NCBI GenBank assembly: GCA_002295635.1
Contig: DBHK01000027.1
Location: 5,920 to 69,919, forward strand
DNA length: 64,000 nucleotides
Reading direction: 5' to 3'
DNA from: Alphaproteobacteria bacterium UBA830
Lineage (GTDB): Bacteria; Pseudomonadota; Alphaproteobacteria; MPNO01; UBA830
Shown here: positions 28,212 to 38,567 of the stretch, piece after piece
Layout: each line of letters starts with the position of its first letter
Numbering within the stretch: position 1 is the first letter of the stretch
Position numbers and translations under genes: made by a program
Notes under the pieces: generated by a model
Told to the model about the DNA's origin: nothing
Database searches by the model: none
Seen by the model: the letters and a program-made list of their open reading frames with translations, nothing else

Positions 28212-28608
28212 ATTATTTAGCGGACGCGCTTATTTCCAAATTCGGCACCTTCAGATAAGTGGAGGAATATCCAATTATTTTGCGAGGCTTTTAAGATTTT
28301 CTAGTAGGCTAGCATTTACTAGTGCTCCGTTGGCCTCAGAATCTGAGATGTTTATGGTTCTCCCATCGTCTGGGATGCAAACTGCATCACCGCTTTACAT
28401 CGGCGTTTCTCTCATCTTTGTATTGGCCACCTCGCCGACCCGAGAAGCCAATTCCAGCGCTTCACCGAACCTAGCTATTTATATCGAAGAGCATAACGTC
28501 CTGGTGCCGGATAGGGATAGTACTATGAAGAAACCGGATCTTTTGAGGTGAATAACCTTATCTAAACCCTTTTATCTGTCGGCCGTGGTGCGTATTCTTA
28601 GTGTCAAC

Positions 28609-28695
28609 GCGGACGTGGTGGAATTGGTATACACAACAGACTTAAAATCTGTCGGTCGCAAGGCCATGCGGGTTCAAGTCCCGCCGTCCGCACCA
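28609..28695 (+). tRNA. tRNA-Leu (anticodon UAA)
   Basis: GCGGACGUGGUGGAAUUGGUAUACACAACAGACUUAAAAUCUGUCGGUCGCAAGGCCAUGCGGGUUCAAGUCCCGCCGUCCGCACCA. Long variable arm, 7-bp acceptor stem, GGUUCAAGUCC T-arm, encoded CCA. Confidence 0.9.
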
Positions 28696-28743
28696 ATTGA
28701 CGGAGATTAATTCCCAGGCTGGTAAGCTGGCTCAATCTCCTTC

Positions 28744-29166
28744 TTAAAAGTAGTTTCTCTTAAATCTACCGGCCTCATCTCGTATCTTCTGCCGAATTTC
28801 TAGAGAAAGCAGCCCTATAAAAATAGCAACCAGTGACAGGTGGTACAATTTTTCTACTTCAATATTTTCTCTATAACCGATTATCAATCCACCGATCAGG
28901 TAAAATATGCCGTAGTAGAGGACGATACCTAGGGATGATATTGCCTTAAAAACAAAAAGATATCTGAATACCGCGTATGCTAAGAGGCATCCGACTGCTA
29001 ACCGACAAGTTTTAAATCTGAATAGCTGCTCATCTTGGTCTATTCGCATGTCAAAAGGAAAAAATAACTCTGTGCCAAAGACCGTCATGATTACGGCAAT
29101 ACAGAACCATATAAATAGGAGAAATATGCAAACCTTTCGAAAAATACCCAAGTCTACTCCTCCCAA
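28744..29166 (-). CDS. Small multi-pass membrane protein, hypothetical, in a low-GC (about 38%) insert next to tRNA-Leu
   Basis: 140 aa with about 4 hydrophobic helices. The composition is distinctly more AT-rich than the flanking sequence. Confidence 0.45.
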   Translation of the reverse strand: MGGVDLGIFRKVCIFLLFIWFCIAVIMTVFGTELFFPFDMRIDQDEQLFRFKTCRLAVGCLLAYAVFRYLFVFKAISSLGIVLYYGIFYLIGGLIIGYRENIEVEKLYHLSLVAIFIGLLSLEIRQKIRDEAGRFKRNYF

Positions 29167-29212
29167 TCTCTCTTGATCAAAGCGTCAGATTTTAGTGATA
29201 GAATAATTCGAA

Positions 29213-30694
29213 TTAATCGATCGGTACAAGCTTGTCTTCTAACTCCTTTTTGAGGATCTTGCCCACGCCACTCTTCGGCAATTTTTCAACTGGGAAAATC
29301 TCACGGGGCAACTTGTATTTGGTAAGCTGTTGGGCGCACCAGTCCTTAATGTCATCCAAATCCACATTCTCATCGCGGAGGATAATAAAGGCGGCGACCT
29401 CCTCTCCAAACTCCCGAGACGGCCACGCAACTACTGCAGCCTCTCTAATACCACTGTGCTGGCTAAGAACGTATTCGATCTCTGCCGGATAAATGTTCAC
29501 GCCGCCGCGGATAATCATATCCTTCGCGCGCCCCGCGATAAATAAATACCCCGCTTCATCACGCCAACCTAGGTCGCCAGGGTAGTACCAACCGTCTCGA
29601 AACGCCTCGCGGCTTGCCTTCGGATCATTATAATAGCCAGTAGCCGTGCCAGGGTGCTTGTAACGGATGTTTCCGATTTCTCCTGGCGGGAGTAAACAGC
29701 CGTCGTCATCGGCAATTTCAATTTCTGCTCCAAACACCGGTCGACCCACGGAACCAGATACTTCCGGTGGGTCGTGCCAAAATAGCGCCGTCGCTCCCCC
29801 ACCATCAGTCGATCCGTAAAAGTTTAGATACCGAGGGCACACGTTGCGCATTACCGCTTTCCGCTCCTCTGGATGCAGTATTGATCCAGTTGAAAAAAGC
29901 ATATCTAGGCTTGGCATCAGGAGCTGGTCATCGTTGCGTGGCGGTATTTCCAAAATGCGGCGCAGAAGCGTCGGAACTAAGAACATCTTTGTAGCGCCAT
30001 GACGATCTGCAAACTCTAACAGGTCCGACATTTCATATGGTGGCGGAAAAAGTAAAGCGGCTCCCCCTGCAAATACCGAGCACATCGAGTATCCTCTAGA
30101 GCCCCCAAAATATAAAGGTGTCGCGCATAGATATTTAGTTCGTTCGGTAAACCCGAGGGTCGCGAAATAGATCATGAAACGGGCGAAGAACTGTTTGTGA
30201 GTTATTAGAGGCCCCTTCGGGATACCTGTGGTACCCGATGAAAGTGCCAAAAGTAGTGGAGGATCACCTTCCTCGAGGGAGGTGAAATCGGGATCGGAAT
30301 CATTGACTTTGTGCTGCCAAGCCTCATCGATTTTGATCGATTGCCAGTTACCGTGTACATCCGCGAAAAGGTCTTTAGGCTCTGAAAGAACCAACTTGGG
30401 GGAGAAAAAGTCCGTCAAACGCGATTTTTCCTCAATTGTCCAGCGCCAGTCCATTGGTAACGCCGCGGCACCAATTCTAGCAAGCGCGAAGAGGGCCGCT
30501 AGATGCTCGGGATTGTCCTTTAAATTAATGCCAACGATATCTCCTCGGGTGACCCCAATTTCGGCGAGATGAGTTGCCCGGCGACATACAATTTCGCGAA
30601 ATTCTTTATGCGAGATGACAATTTCGTGAGTAATGACGGCGGGCTGATCCGGCCGTCTTAAGGCATTAGTATCGAGTGCTTTTGCAAGGTTCAT
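29213..30694 (-). CDS. AMP-dependent synthetase/ligase (acyl-CoA synthetase family)
   Basis: LSSGTTGIPKG AMP-binding motif and the C-terminal GKILK lysine. Confidence 0.85.
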   Translation of the reverse strand: MNLAKALDTNALRRPDQPAVITHEIVISHKEFREIVCRRATHLAEIGVTRGDIVGINLKDNPEHLAALFALARIGAAALPMDWRWTIEEKSRLTDFFSPKLVLSEPKDLFADVHGNWQSIKIDEAWQHKVNDSDPDFTSLEEGDPPLLLALSSGTTGIPKGPLITHKQFFARFMIYFATLGFTERTKYLCATPLYFGGSRGYSMCSVFAGGAALLFPPPYEMSDLLEFADRHGATKMFLVPTLLRRILEIPPRNDDQLLMPSLDMLFSTGSILHPEERKAVMRNVCPRYLNFYGSTDGGGATALFWHDPPEVSGSVGRPVFGAEIEIADDDGCLLPPGEIGNIRYKHPGTATGYYNDPKASREAFRDGWYYPGDLGWRDEAGYLFIAGRAKDMIIRGGVNIYPAEIEYVLSQHSGIREAAVVAWPSREFGEEVAAFIILRDENVDLDDIKDWCAQQLTKYKLPREIFPVEKLPKSGVGKILKKELEDKLVPID

Positions 30695-31012
30695 GATAAA
30701 ATCATAGACATTTTTATCTCGACTTGTGAGGGAGCGGAGGAGACGGACCTCATCTTAAGCGTACCGGTCGTTTCGATGTCTTGGAACCGACCGGTATTGG
30801 GTCACAGATAAGTCCATAGGTCAGTATTATAGTTGAATCCTGTCGACGTCGTCGTATGAAATTTTCAACCGATTTGGCTCTTTGTACCCATCAGCTTAGA
30901 GGTCCTAATACTCACGTCATCACGCCCGGATTCTTTACTAAAGAAAGTACCCGATAGTTTTCAACCTGACGGAATGAGAAATTTTAGAATCTTCGCCACT
31001 GTATGCGAAACA

Positions 31013-32503
31013 TCAATTACCTGATGCGCGCCGACCCGCCGCTGTTCCTGCTTGCTTCCCGAAAACCGATCCTGAAGTAAGCCCAGATCCGCCCGGATAG
31101 TTAAAGTAAAAGATACCACCGACGAGTTCACCGGCCGCGAACAAGCCCCTAATGGGTTTCATATCATTGTTTAAAACTTCGCCTTCGTCGTTGATGCGCA
31201 ATCCGCCAAACGTGAATGTGACACCGCAGGTAACCGCATAACCTTCATACGGAGGCTCATCGATGGTATTCGCCCAGTTGGTCTTATCAACCGCAAGGCC
31301 CTCGGTGCAGCGTCCATCCTTTATGTTCGGATTAAATTCGGTATCTTGATTAACCGCAGCATTATAATCCTCAATTTCGGCGATGAACGCATCAGGGTCT
31401 ACCCCCTCAAGCTTGCCGGCTAGTTCCTCAATTGTATTCGCGGTTACCTTCGTGATCTGGCGGATATTATACTCATCCCGCTGCAGGTGCTTTGTTTTTT
31501 GATCGAATATTTGCCACGCAAATTGACCGGGCTGTTCGAGTATTACTCGGCCATACTTGGCATAAGTATAGTTCCGGAAGTCTGCTCCTTCATCGACAAA
31601 ACGTCGTCCGGTAGAGTTGACCATTATGGCGAATGGATAAGAGTGTTTCTGAAATTGGTCCCCGACGGCAAGGTCGCCGAATTCCGGAGCATTCATCTCC
31701 CATCCGACAGCGTGGCAGCCGGACCAATTTCCGTAGGGGCTAGCACCGATATTCATGGCCATACGAATACCCTCGCCCGTATTGAATCGGGTGCCGCGCA
31801 CCTTCGCAAGGTCCCAACTCGGGCCCAAGTACCGGGTTCGCATTTCTGAGTTAGCCTGGAATCCCCCGCAAGCGAGGATAACCGTTTTTCCGGCTAACTC
31901 ATATTCTCCGTCATTATCTCTAACTTTAACGCCAGTAATACGGTTATTTTCTGCGATCAGGTCCAGCGCACGGGTCTCATATCGTACTTCAATTCCTTCG
32001 CGCTTAGCGATTTCTGTCCACATTTCAATTAAGCCGGGGCCTCCACCAACAGTTTCCAGTGTTAGACCGCCCCAGAATTTGAATTTCCCGTCAATTTTGA
32101 ATGCTTGTCGACCATATATTGGAACGAACCGGACACCCTTTTCTCTCATCCAAACCAATGTATCCAAGCTCTGTGTTACCAGAGTTTCTACCAAATCAGG
32201 ATCCGCTCGATATTGGGTAACGCGCGCCATATCGTCGAAAAACTGCTCCTCCGTATACGTACCAAAATCCGTCGTTTCAATTTCTGTCTCTGATAGATCT
32301 GGAACCAGCCTCTTAATATCCTCAACTCCATTATAGGCTACCCGCATAGCTCCTGCAGTGAACGCACTATTCCCACCGGCTTCATCCTCTGGTGCTGCTT
32401 CCAACATTACTACAGATGCGCCTTGCTCCTGTGCGGCTAACGCGGCGCAGAACGCTGCGTTTCCGCCGCCTACTACAACTACATCCCAGTTCGACTGGCT
32501 CAT
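31013..32503 (-). CDS. FAD-dependent tricarballylate dehydrogenase-like flavoprotein (TcuA / fumarate-reductase flavoprotein family)
   Basis: N-terminal WDVVVVGGGNAAFCAALAA dinucleotide fold. About 500 aa, with a TcuA-like overall layout. Confidence 0.75.
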   Translation of the reverse strand: MSQSNWDVVVVGGGNAAFCAALAAQEQGASVVMLEAAPEDEAGGNSAFTAGAMRVAYNGVEDIKRLVPDLSETEIETTDFGTYTEEQFFDDMARVTQYRADPDLVETLVTQSLDTLVWMREKGVRFVPIYGRQAFKIDGKFKFWGGLTLETVGGGPGLIEMWTEIAKREGIEVRYETRALDLIAENNRITGVKVRDNDGEYELAGKTVILACGGFQANSEMRTRYLGPSWDLAKVRGTRFNTGEGIRMAMNIGASPYGNWSGCHAVGWEMNAPEFGDLAVGDQFQKHSYPFAIMVNSTGRRFVDEGADFRNYTYAKYGRVILEQPGQFAWQIFDQKTKHLQRDEYNIRQITKVTANTIEELAGKLEGVDPDAFIAEIEDYNAAVNQDTEFNPNIKDGRCTEGLAVDKTNWANTIDEPPYEGYAVTCGVTFTFGGLRINDEGEVLNNDMKPIRGLFAAGELVGGIFYFNYPGGSGLTSGSVFGKQAGTAAGRRASGN

Positions 32504-32640
32504 GATTACCGTCCCGTTCTATGAATATTTCTACACGTTTTATCAGCTTGAAATTCACTTGGCGATATTAAGAACTAATCAAGTGTGACTTAATCTCCAT
32601 ATCAATGGTATCCATTAGAAAAACTCGAGAGATAAATTCT

Positions 32641-33750
32641 ATGCAAACATCTATTCCCGCGATTCTCATGCGCGGGGGCACGTCGCGCGGCCTGTATTTT
32701 AACCGCACTGATTTACCAGACGATCAAAGTCTGTGGGACGATATTTTGCTGAAGGCATTCGGTTCGCCCGATCCGCGACAAGTAGACGGGGTTGGCGGCA
32801 CGACGTCTGTCACAAGTAAAAGTTGTATCTTGTCTCTATCAGACCGCGAAGATTGTGATATCGACTATTTCTTTGCCCAGCTTTCAGTTGAAGAGGCAAA
32901 AGTAGATTATACCCCGTCTTGCGGAAATATGCTAGCGGGCGTCGGGCCTTATGCCATCGAGACGGGAATGATTACTGCTCAGGTTGGTGAGACCCGGGTA
33001 CGTATTCACCAGGTCAATACGGGCGGTTTAGTAGAGGCCGTAGTTCCTACGCCGGCTGGGCAGGTCGAGTACGAAGGTGAGGTTGCGATTGATGGTGTGC
33101 CAGGGGTAGCAGCACCCATTCTTCTTAATTTCATGAATGTTGTGGGGGCTCGGACAGGACAGTTATTCCCGACTGGAAAGAAAATAGAAACCATCGACGA
33201 CGTTGAAGCGACTATTATCGATGCGGCTATGCCTTGCCTGATCATGCGTGCTTCCGATGTTGGAAAAACTGGCTACGAGTCCGCCGCGGAACTCGACGCC
33301 GACACCTCGTTCTTCGAATTCATCGAGGACAAGCGGATTAAAGCAGGCCGCCGGATGGGCCTGGGTGATGTGACGGGACAGGTTCAACCCAAGATAATTA
33401 TTCTCTCCCCACCGCGCGACGGCGGCGCTATCACCTCACGATATTTTGTACCCGACAAAACACACCAAACCCACGCGATTACTGGCGGCATCGCAGTGGC
33501 TTATGCGTCGATCACCCCCGGTACGATCGCCGAACCTATGGTCAATATGTCTCCAGATAAACCCGGTCCGCATTTTTCAATTGAACATCCGGCGGGTCAG
33601 TTACATCTGTCACTGACACTGAAGCGAACCGATGAAGGCGTCAAACTGGAGGCAGCGGGTATCGTCCGCACGGCTCGTTTGATCATGCAGGGGTCTGTGA
33701 TGGTTCCTAAGAGGCTACTTTCCCCCAATACTTCGGAAGATAAGGGATAA
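32641..33750 (+). CDS. PrpF/AcnD-accessory (methylaconitate isomerase-like) family protein
   Basis: Start at MQTSIPAILMRGGTSRG, the canonical PrpF N-terminus. About 370 aa. Confidence 0.8.
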   Translation: MQTSIPAILMRGGTSRGLYFNRTDLPDDQSLWDDILLKAFGSPDPRQVDGVGGTTSVTSKSCILSLSDREDCDIDYFFAQLSVEEAKVDYTPSCGNMLAGVGPYAIETGMITAQVGETRVRIHQVNTGGLVEAVVPTPAGQVEYEGEVAIDGVPGVAAPILLNFMNVVGARTGQLFPTGKKIETIDDVEATIIDAAMPCLIMRASDVGKTGYESAAELDADTSFFEFIEDKRIKAGRRMGLGDVTGQVQPKIIILSPPRDGGAITSRYFVPDKTHQTHAITGGIAVAYASITPGTIAEPMVNMSPDKPGPHFSIEHPAGQLHLSLTLKRTDEGVKLEAAGIVRTARLIMQGSVMVPKRLLSPNTSEDKG

Positions 33751-34040
33751 GATGTGGTTTCTGATAAAAGGAAAACCCGGTGGCCGGTAAGTTAGTCTTC
33801 CCCGTCAGGCGAGCAACCGCCTTTTGACCCCAACTCCTATCCGATCCGTTCGAACATATTCGTGTGCTTTCTCACACCAGCGCTAACGTGACGTAAATTC
33901 TGGTCCCCCGTTAAAAGCACGAAGCAACGCGCGTTTGCCATCAAGTCCGAGGGCCAAAATTATCTTGTCGGAATAAGTTCGGGCGGTCTCCAACTGACGA
34001 CCGCCCTTATGCAGATCTTTTTAAAAATTCTCTGGCATAG

Positions 34041-34775
34041 CTATTTTAACGGAGAAAATGGTGCGGCCAGAATAATCTTGTTCGCTTGGGTCTGGAGCGT
34101 CTCCTTACGTCCCTTCGGAGGCCAAAGTCCCTTGTTTACCGCCTCCGCCCGGACCTCGGCGCGGTGCTGAAGGCTCTCGTATGACCAGATATGGACGAAC
34201 TTGTTCAAATCACCCGCATCTGTATGCATTGCCATAACCAGCTCTGACATTTCAGTGCGCTTGCCTATCGCTTTTTCCCAGCTTTTGTATAGTTCCGGGA
34301 TCATTCCTGGAATAATTTGGTATTCCCGCCATTCAAAGATAGGCCCTTTGTTACCCTTTGCAAAAGTCGGTGTAAAAGGTGACGGAACAAAAAGCTCCGA
34401 CTGCATATATTCCTGAAGGTGGGCTACTTTCGGCGGCCAAGTGTATTTCTTTTCTTTGACCGATCGTACACGTTTCTTGTCACGTTCGTCGGCATTTTTG
34501 TATGGCCATATATGGATAACTTCGTTCAGTGGCCCGATTTCGGTATGAAAAAAAGCGGCAATCTTCGAGAGGTTCTGGCGGTTCTTATAAGCTTTTCCAA
34601 ACTTATCAATAAACTCCGGGACGCCACGTGGTATTAGTCGGTAGGTTCTTACTTCATAAATCATGGGATTCTCCCTAAACATCATAGTTTTATCCGAAAT
34701 TTCTTTCAGTGTGCAGTAGAAAAGCTTTTGTGTCACGTTACAGTATGTTGCCTTGGTGAGGGTCCCGTCCTTCAT
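34041..34775 (-). CDS. NIPSNAP-family protein (tandem NIPSNAP domains)
   Basis: Two repeats of the hIW.Y.sleeR/EYqI-type motif (IYEVRTYRL...IHIWPYKNADER and IFEWREYQI...VHIWSYESLQHR). The true start may be the internal MIYEV. Confidence 0.7.
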   Translation of the reverse strand: MKDGTLTKATYCNVTQKLFYCTLKEISDKTMMFRENPMIYEVRTYRLIPRGVPEFIDKFGKAYKNRQNLSKIAAFFHTEIGPLNEVIHIWPYKNADERDKKRVRSVKEKKYTWPPKVAHLQEYMQSELFVPSPFTPTFAKGNKGPIFEWREYQIIPGMIPELYKSWEKAIGKRTEMSELVMAMHTDAGDLNKFVHIWSYESLQHRAEVRAEAVNKGLWPPKGRKETLQTQANKIILAAPFSPLK

Positions 34776-34830
34776 AATTCACGTTTCTTCATGAAAGTGA
34801 TAAAAAGTTTCCAATATAGGGAGGGATCAA

Positions 34831-35442
34831 ATGCCGGATACAGGAACCAAGCCCGTTACTCGGTCCACTGCGACAGCCTTGCCGTTGCGCGGTATTCATC
34901 ATCTCGCTCTAACCACTGAAGACATGCAGATGACAACTGATTTTCTGGTCAATGTGGTAGGCATGCCGCTCATTCATGCAATGAAGGTACCGCCGGGCGT
35001 TGGGACGGGGCCAGGAAATCGCGGTAATCCACCTTATGAGGAAATTCGCCATTATTTCTTCGACATGGGTAATGACAGTCTCCTCGCCTACTTCGAAATA
35101 CCAAAAGGGAAGAAAAATCAATCGGACCGAGATGATATTGGCGGCATGCAACATTGCGCATTTTCAGTAACGCCCAAGCAACTCGAATCTCTGCGGCAAC
35201 GACTGGGTGCTGCTGGCGTAGAATACGATGGGCCTGTAGACATTTTGCCGGGGCTGGTATCAATGTATTTCAAAGACCCGAACGGTGTCCGAATGGAAGC
35301 TTGTTGCCAGCCGGAAGAGGGCGATAGCCCCAACGTTGTGGGTTCCGTCCTCCAAACTAAAACAGAGGCGGAAGCCGAACTAAAAACTACCGGTGCTTCC
35401 GATGAATGGGTACGGCAGGTCACTGCTTGTCTCCCCGATTAG
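34831..35442 (+). CDS. VOC (glyoxalase/bleomycin-resistance/extradiol dioxygenase) family protein
   Basis: GIHHLALTTEDMQMTTDFLVNVVGM and a second repeat HCAFSV...MYFKDPNGVRME. Confidence 0.7.
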   Translation: MPDTGTKPVTRSTATALPLRGIHHLALTTEDMQMTTDFLVNVVGMPLIHAMKVPPGVGTGPGNRGNPPYEEIRHYFFDMGNDSLLAYFEIPKGKKNQSDRDDIGGMQHCAFSVTPKQLESLRQRLGAAGVEYDGPVDILPGLVSMYFKDPNGVRMEACCQPEEGDSPNVVGSVLQTKTEAEAELKTTGASDEWVRQVTACLPD

Positions 35443-35543
35443 GGATAGAGATTTTCCATTTGTGATTTCTGATTTGAGCTCGGATACACCGTGTTATCTA
35501 TATTCGTAATTTTGCCGTCTCAAATCGGCTACTCGAGCCTCTC

Positions 35544-36122
35544 CTAGGCGCCCACCGTTTCTTTTCTGAACCGATAGAATTCGGTTGGTGGGGCTGGCCG
35601 GGTGTCGGTCCAAGACTTTAACGCGGCATGCGCATCGTTCCGATGCTCTTGGCGTTTCGATTCGCCGATTGTCTCACAGGTAATTTCAAGGCGAATGCCG
35701 TTTGGATCAAAGAAATATATCGATTTGACGAAACCGTGATCTGTGACACCTACGACTTTGATATCTGCATCTTCAAGTCTCACCTTCCAGGTCTCTACCT
35801 CGTCAACCGTATCCACATGCATAGCGAAGTGGTTGACCCAAGACGGGGTCTGCGGGTCCGGGATAGATGCGGTTTCGTCGCCAAGATCGAAAAACGCTAT
35901 ATAGCTACCGTTAGCGAATTCGAAAAACAGATGCACATACGGGTCGGACGCCCCTGTGGATGGCACCTCGTTAGCTTGGATCACATGAGCAAGAGGGAGG
36001 CAAAGAAGGTCTTCGTAAAAGCTTCGCGTTTCTTCGGCGTTGCGGCAACGATAAGCGTAATGGTGCAGCCCACTGATCCGATTCAGTGCTGTCATTTGAT
36101 CCTCTCTTTCATAATGCGGCAT
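35544..36122 (-). CDS. VOC family protein
   Basis: ISGLHHYAYRCRNAEETRSFYEDLL ... IYFFDPNGIRLEI. Confidence 0.7.
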   Translation of the reverse strand: MPHYEREDQMTALNRISGLHHYAYRCRNAEETRSFYEDLLCLPLAHVIQANEVPSTGASDPYVHLFFEFANGSYIAFFDLGDETASIPDPQTPSWVNHFAMHVDTVDEVETWKVRLEDADIKVVGVTDHGFVKSIYFFDPNGIRLEITCETIGESKRQEHRNDAHAALKSWTDTRPAPPTEFYRFRKETVGA

Positions 36123-36628
36123 GCAGTTCCGCGGTGGAGACTCTTAGGCGATTTCCGGCCAGTTTGGATCCTGACCTCTGAGAGTAGTTTTCAAAAATTC
36201 AGTCGATTGACGCCTTTTCCTCTGGACTTCCATCTTCAAGAACCTTCACATCCAAACAGAATGTATAACGGGGCCAATATCCCTTTTTTTATATTAACAA
36301 TTTCATTCGGTCCTGCATATTCACGCACCGTAGCGTGAAATCACCTTAAAACTTGTTAGCGCCGCTATCGTGCATGTTGCAAGCCCCCATCGAAGCTGGA
36401 AAAGGGACAGGATCCTATGCTTTTAGTATTAGGCCTTGAAAAACTATGGTTTTGTACAAGCTCGGTTCGTTATCGTTTATGAAGACCGTTTGGTTTACAG
36501 CGAACATAGCCCGTGCAAAAAAAACACAATGTTGTTCACCGGTTCAAGGCACTGCAAGAGGCAAGGAATTGGAGCGCATCATCCGCAGCGTCCTCAGTTG
36601 CTTTAAAATCGGGTATCCTGAAAATATC

Positions 36629-37858
36629 TTATTTGATAGCTTCTTCCTTTCGGACACTATCGAGTAGGGAAGACCGCATGAGCCAAGCCTTGGCTTTAAC
36701 TGGGTCTTCCGCGGCAGCCCGTAGCTGTATTTGGTTGGAGCGGATGGCTTCTGGGTCTTTTTCCTCGATGCGTTTTTTGTTTTCAATAGTCACGCTTTGA
36801 AGAAACTCGGTAGCTAGCTGATGCCGCTGACGATGGTAGCGTTCGAAAATATCGTCGTTTGCGCGTCCGAACCACACGTCTCCTATTTTTTTTGTAATAT
36901 TCATGCAGTCGTGGATGCCGGTATTCAGGCCAAGACCGCCGAGCGGGTTATTCAGATGCGCCGCGTCGCCGGCCAGGAAGATGCGTTCAACCCGGAATCT
37001 GTCGGCCACTCTTTGGTTTACCGTGTAAAGATTGCGATGCAGGATGTCATTGTAATCCATGTCTTCTCGTAGTCCGCGAATACGCTTAGTGACACCATTA
37101 TCAGAGAGCAGGTCTTCATCCTCTTCGTGTCCCTCCGTCGGGAACAGCGTTCGCCATATTCCCTCGTCTTCGTCGCCCGGAACTTTAAAAACAGCAAACC
37201 ACTCATCTGGATCCATAACGTAATTTCTATGTAGGTATCCATCACTTGTAGCGAAATCATGTTCCGAGGTCAGAACTAGGAAACGTTCGTCCCATGTGAA
37301 CCCTGACATGAACACACCCAATCCAATACGGATGGTGGACCGGCCACCATCGCAGGCCAAAAGGTAACGGCCTTCGACCTTTTGTATGTCGCTCTCTGGG
37401 TCCTTGTAGATGACAGTGACGCCGTCGTAGTCTTGAGAAAATGCGATTACTTCCGACCCTAAGCGCACGTCAGCGATATCATGGGTCTTTACCGCTACTA
37501 GCGCGTCGCGGGTCAGCTTCCACTGTTCATACTGAATCGCGAAAGGGAAATCGGTTTCGTCACTGATGTGTTTCATATCAAAAACTGCGATGATTTCTTG
37601 AGAATTGCGGTCACGAAACTGGAAGGCAGGTGCCATTAAACCCCGACTTTTAAGTCCATCAGCAAGATCCAGGGAGTCGAGCATTTCTAGCGTTGACGCG
37701 TGAATCGTTGCGGCTCGAGGGTCCCGGGGGGGCTCTTTGAAAGCCTCTAACACAGTTACGGGAACGCCTTGGCGGACGAGGGAAAGGGCCGCAACCATAC
37801 CGACCGGCCCACCACCGCAAATGATCACACGTTCATTCTTGCTCATACTATGCAACAT
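36629..37858 (-). CDS. FAD-dependent aromatic-ring monooxygenase (PHBH-like, PF01494 type)
   Basis: VIICGGGPVGMVAALSL GxGxxG motif, internal DG fingerprint (LLACDGGRS) and C-terminal GD motif (FLAGDAAH). Confidence 0.85.
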   Translation of the reverse strand: MLHSMSKNERVIICGGGPVGMVAALSLVRQGVPVTVLEAFKEPPRDPRAATIHASTLEMLDSLDLADGLKSRGLMAPAFQFRDRNSQEIIAVFDMKHISDETDFPFAIQYEQWKLTRDALVAVKTHDIADVRLGSEVIAFSQDYDGVTVIYKDPESDIQKVEGRYLLACDGGRSTIRIGLGVFMSGFTWDERFLVLTSEHDFATSDGYLHRNYVMDPDEWFAVFKVPGDEDEGIWRTLFPTEGHEEDEDLLSDNGVTKRIRGLREDMDYNDILHRNLYTVNQRVADRFRVERIFLAGDAAHLNNPLGGLGLNTGIHDCMNITKKIGDVWFGRANDDIFERYHRQRHQLATEFLQSVTIENKKRIEEKDPEAIRSNQIQLRAAAEDPVKAKAWLMRSSLLDSVRKEEAIK

Positions 37859-37910
37859 AACGAACCGGCCGTGTCATTAATAGGAAATGGTTCTTACGCT
37901 TGAGAAGATT

Positions 37911-38555
37911 TTATTTGGTGCCGAACATCCTGTCGCCGGCATCTCCCAGACCAGGTCGAATATATGAATCATCATCTAACTCTCGGTCGATCGCGCTGGT
38001 GATTACCTGAACATCAGGATGCGCCTGGGTAAACGCCTTCAAACCCTCAGGGGCCGCCACGACGCAAACGAATTTTATTCGCTCCGCTCCGCACTGTTTG
38101 AGACGGTGGACTGCAGCTATAGCGGAACCCCCGGTTGCGAGCATTGGATCCACGACGATACATCGTCTCTCGTTCAGATTATCTGGTAATTTTAAGTAGT
38201 ATTCCACCGGTACTTTCGTATCTGGATCACGATACAACCCGATATGCCCTACCCGAGCCGCCGGGATTAGATCCAACATGCCATCGAGCAAACCGTTACC
38301 CGCACGGAGAATCGAAATGATGCAGAGTTTTCGCCCTTCCAGCTTTGGACCGGTGGTAACCTCCAGCGGAGTTTCGATTGTGACTGTTTCGGTTTCAAAG
38401 TCACGGCAAACTTCGTAAGCGAGTAGATGGCTTATCTCGCGAAGGAGCTGACGAAAGTCAGCTGCACCGGTTCCTTGATCGCGTATCATCGTCAGCTTGT
38501 GCTGTATTAGCGGGTGATCAACTACCTCTACAGAGGCATTTGTTTTTTTTTCCAA
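37911..38555 (-). CDS. upp: Uracil phosphoribosyltransferase (URC6 equivalent)
   Basis: 214 aa. [13 protein letters not shown] ... ILRAGNGL ... PRPP-binding [11 protein letters not shown]. Confidence 0.9.
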   Translation of the reverse strand: MEKKTNASVEVVDHPLIQHKLTMIRDQGTGAADFRQLLREISHLLAYEVCRDFETETVTIETPLEVTTGPKLEGRKLCIISILRAGNGLLDGMLDLIPAARVGHIGLYRDPDTKVPVEYYLKLPDNLNERRCIVVDPMLATGGSAIAAVHRLKQCGAERIKFVCVVAAPEGLKAFTQAHPDVQVITSAIDRELDDDSYIRPGLGDAGDRMFGTK

Positions 38556-38567
38556 GTTGATTCCTCC

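Noticed and set aside
36123-36628. 500-bp gap between the VOC gene and the FAD monooxygenase gene, checked for a small gene or structured RNA
   Set aside because: It has only short low-complexity ORFs (36446..36667 and 36513..36800) and no convincing stem-loops or conserved motifs. It is treated as a promoter/UTR region.
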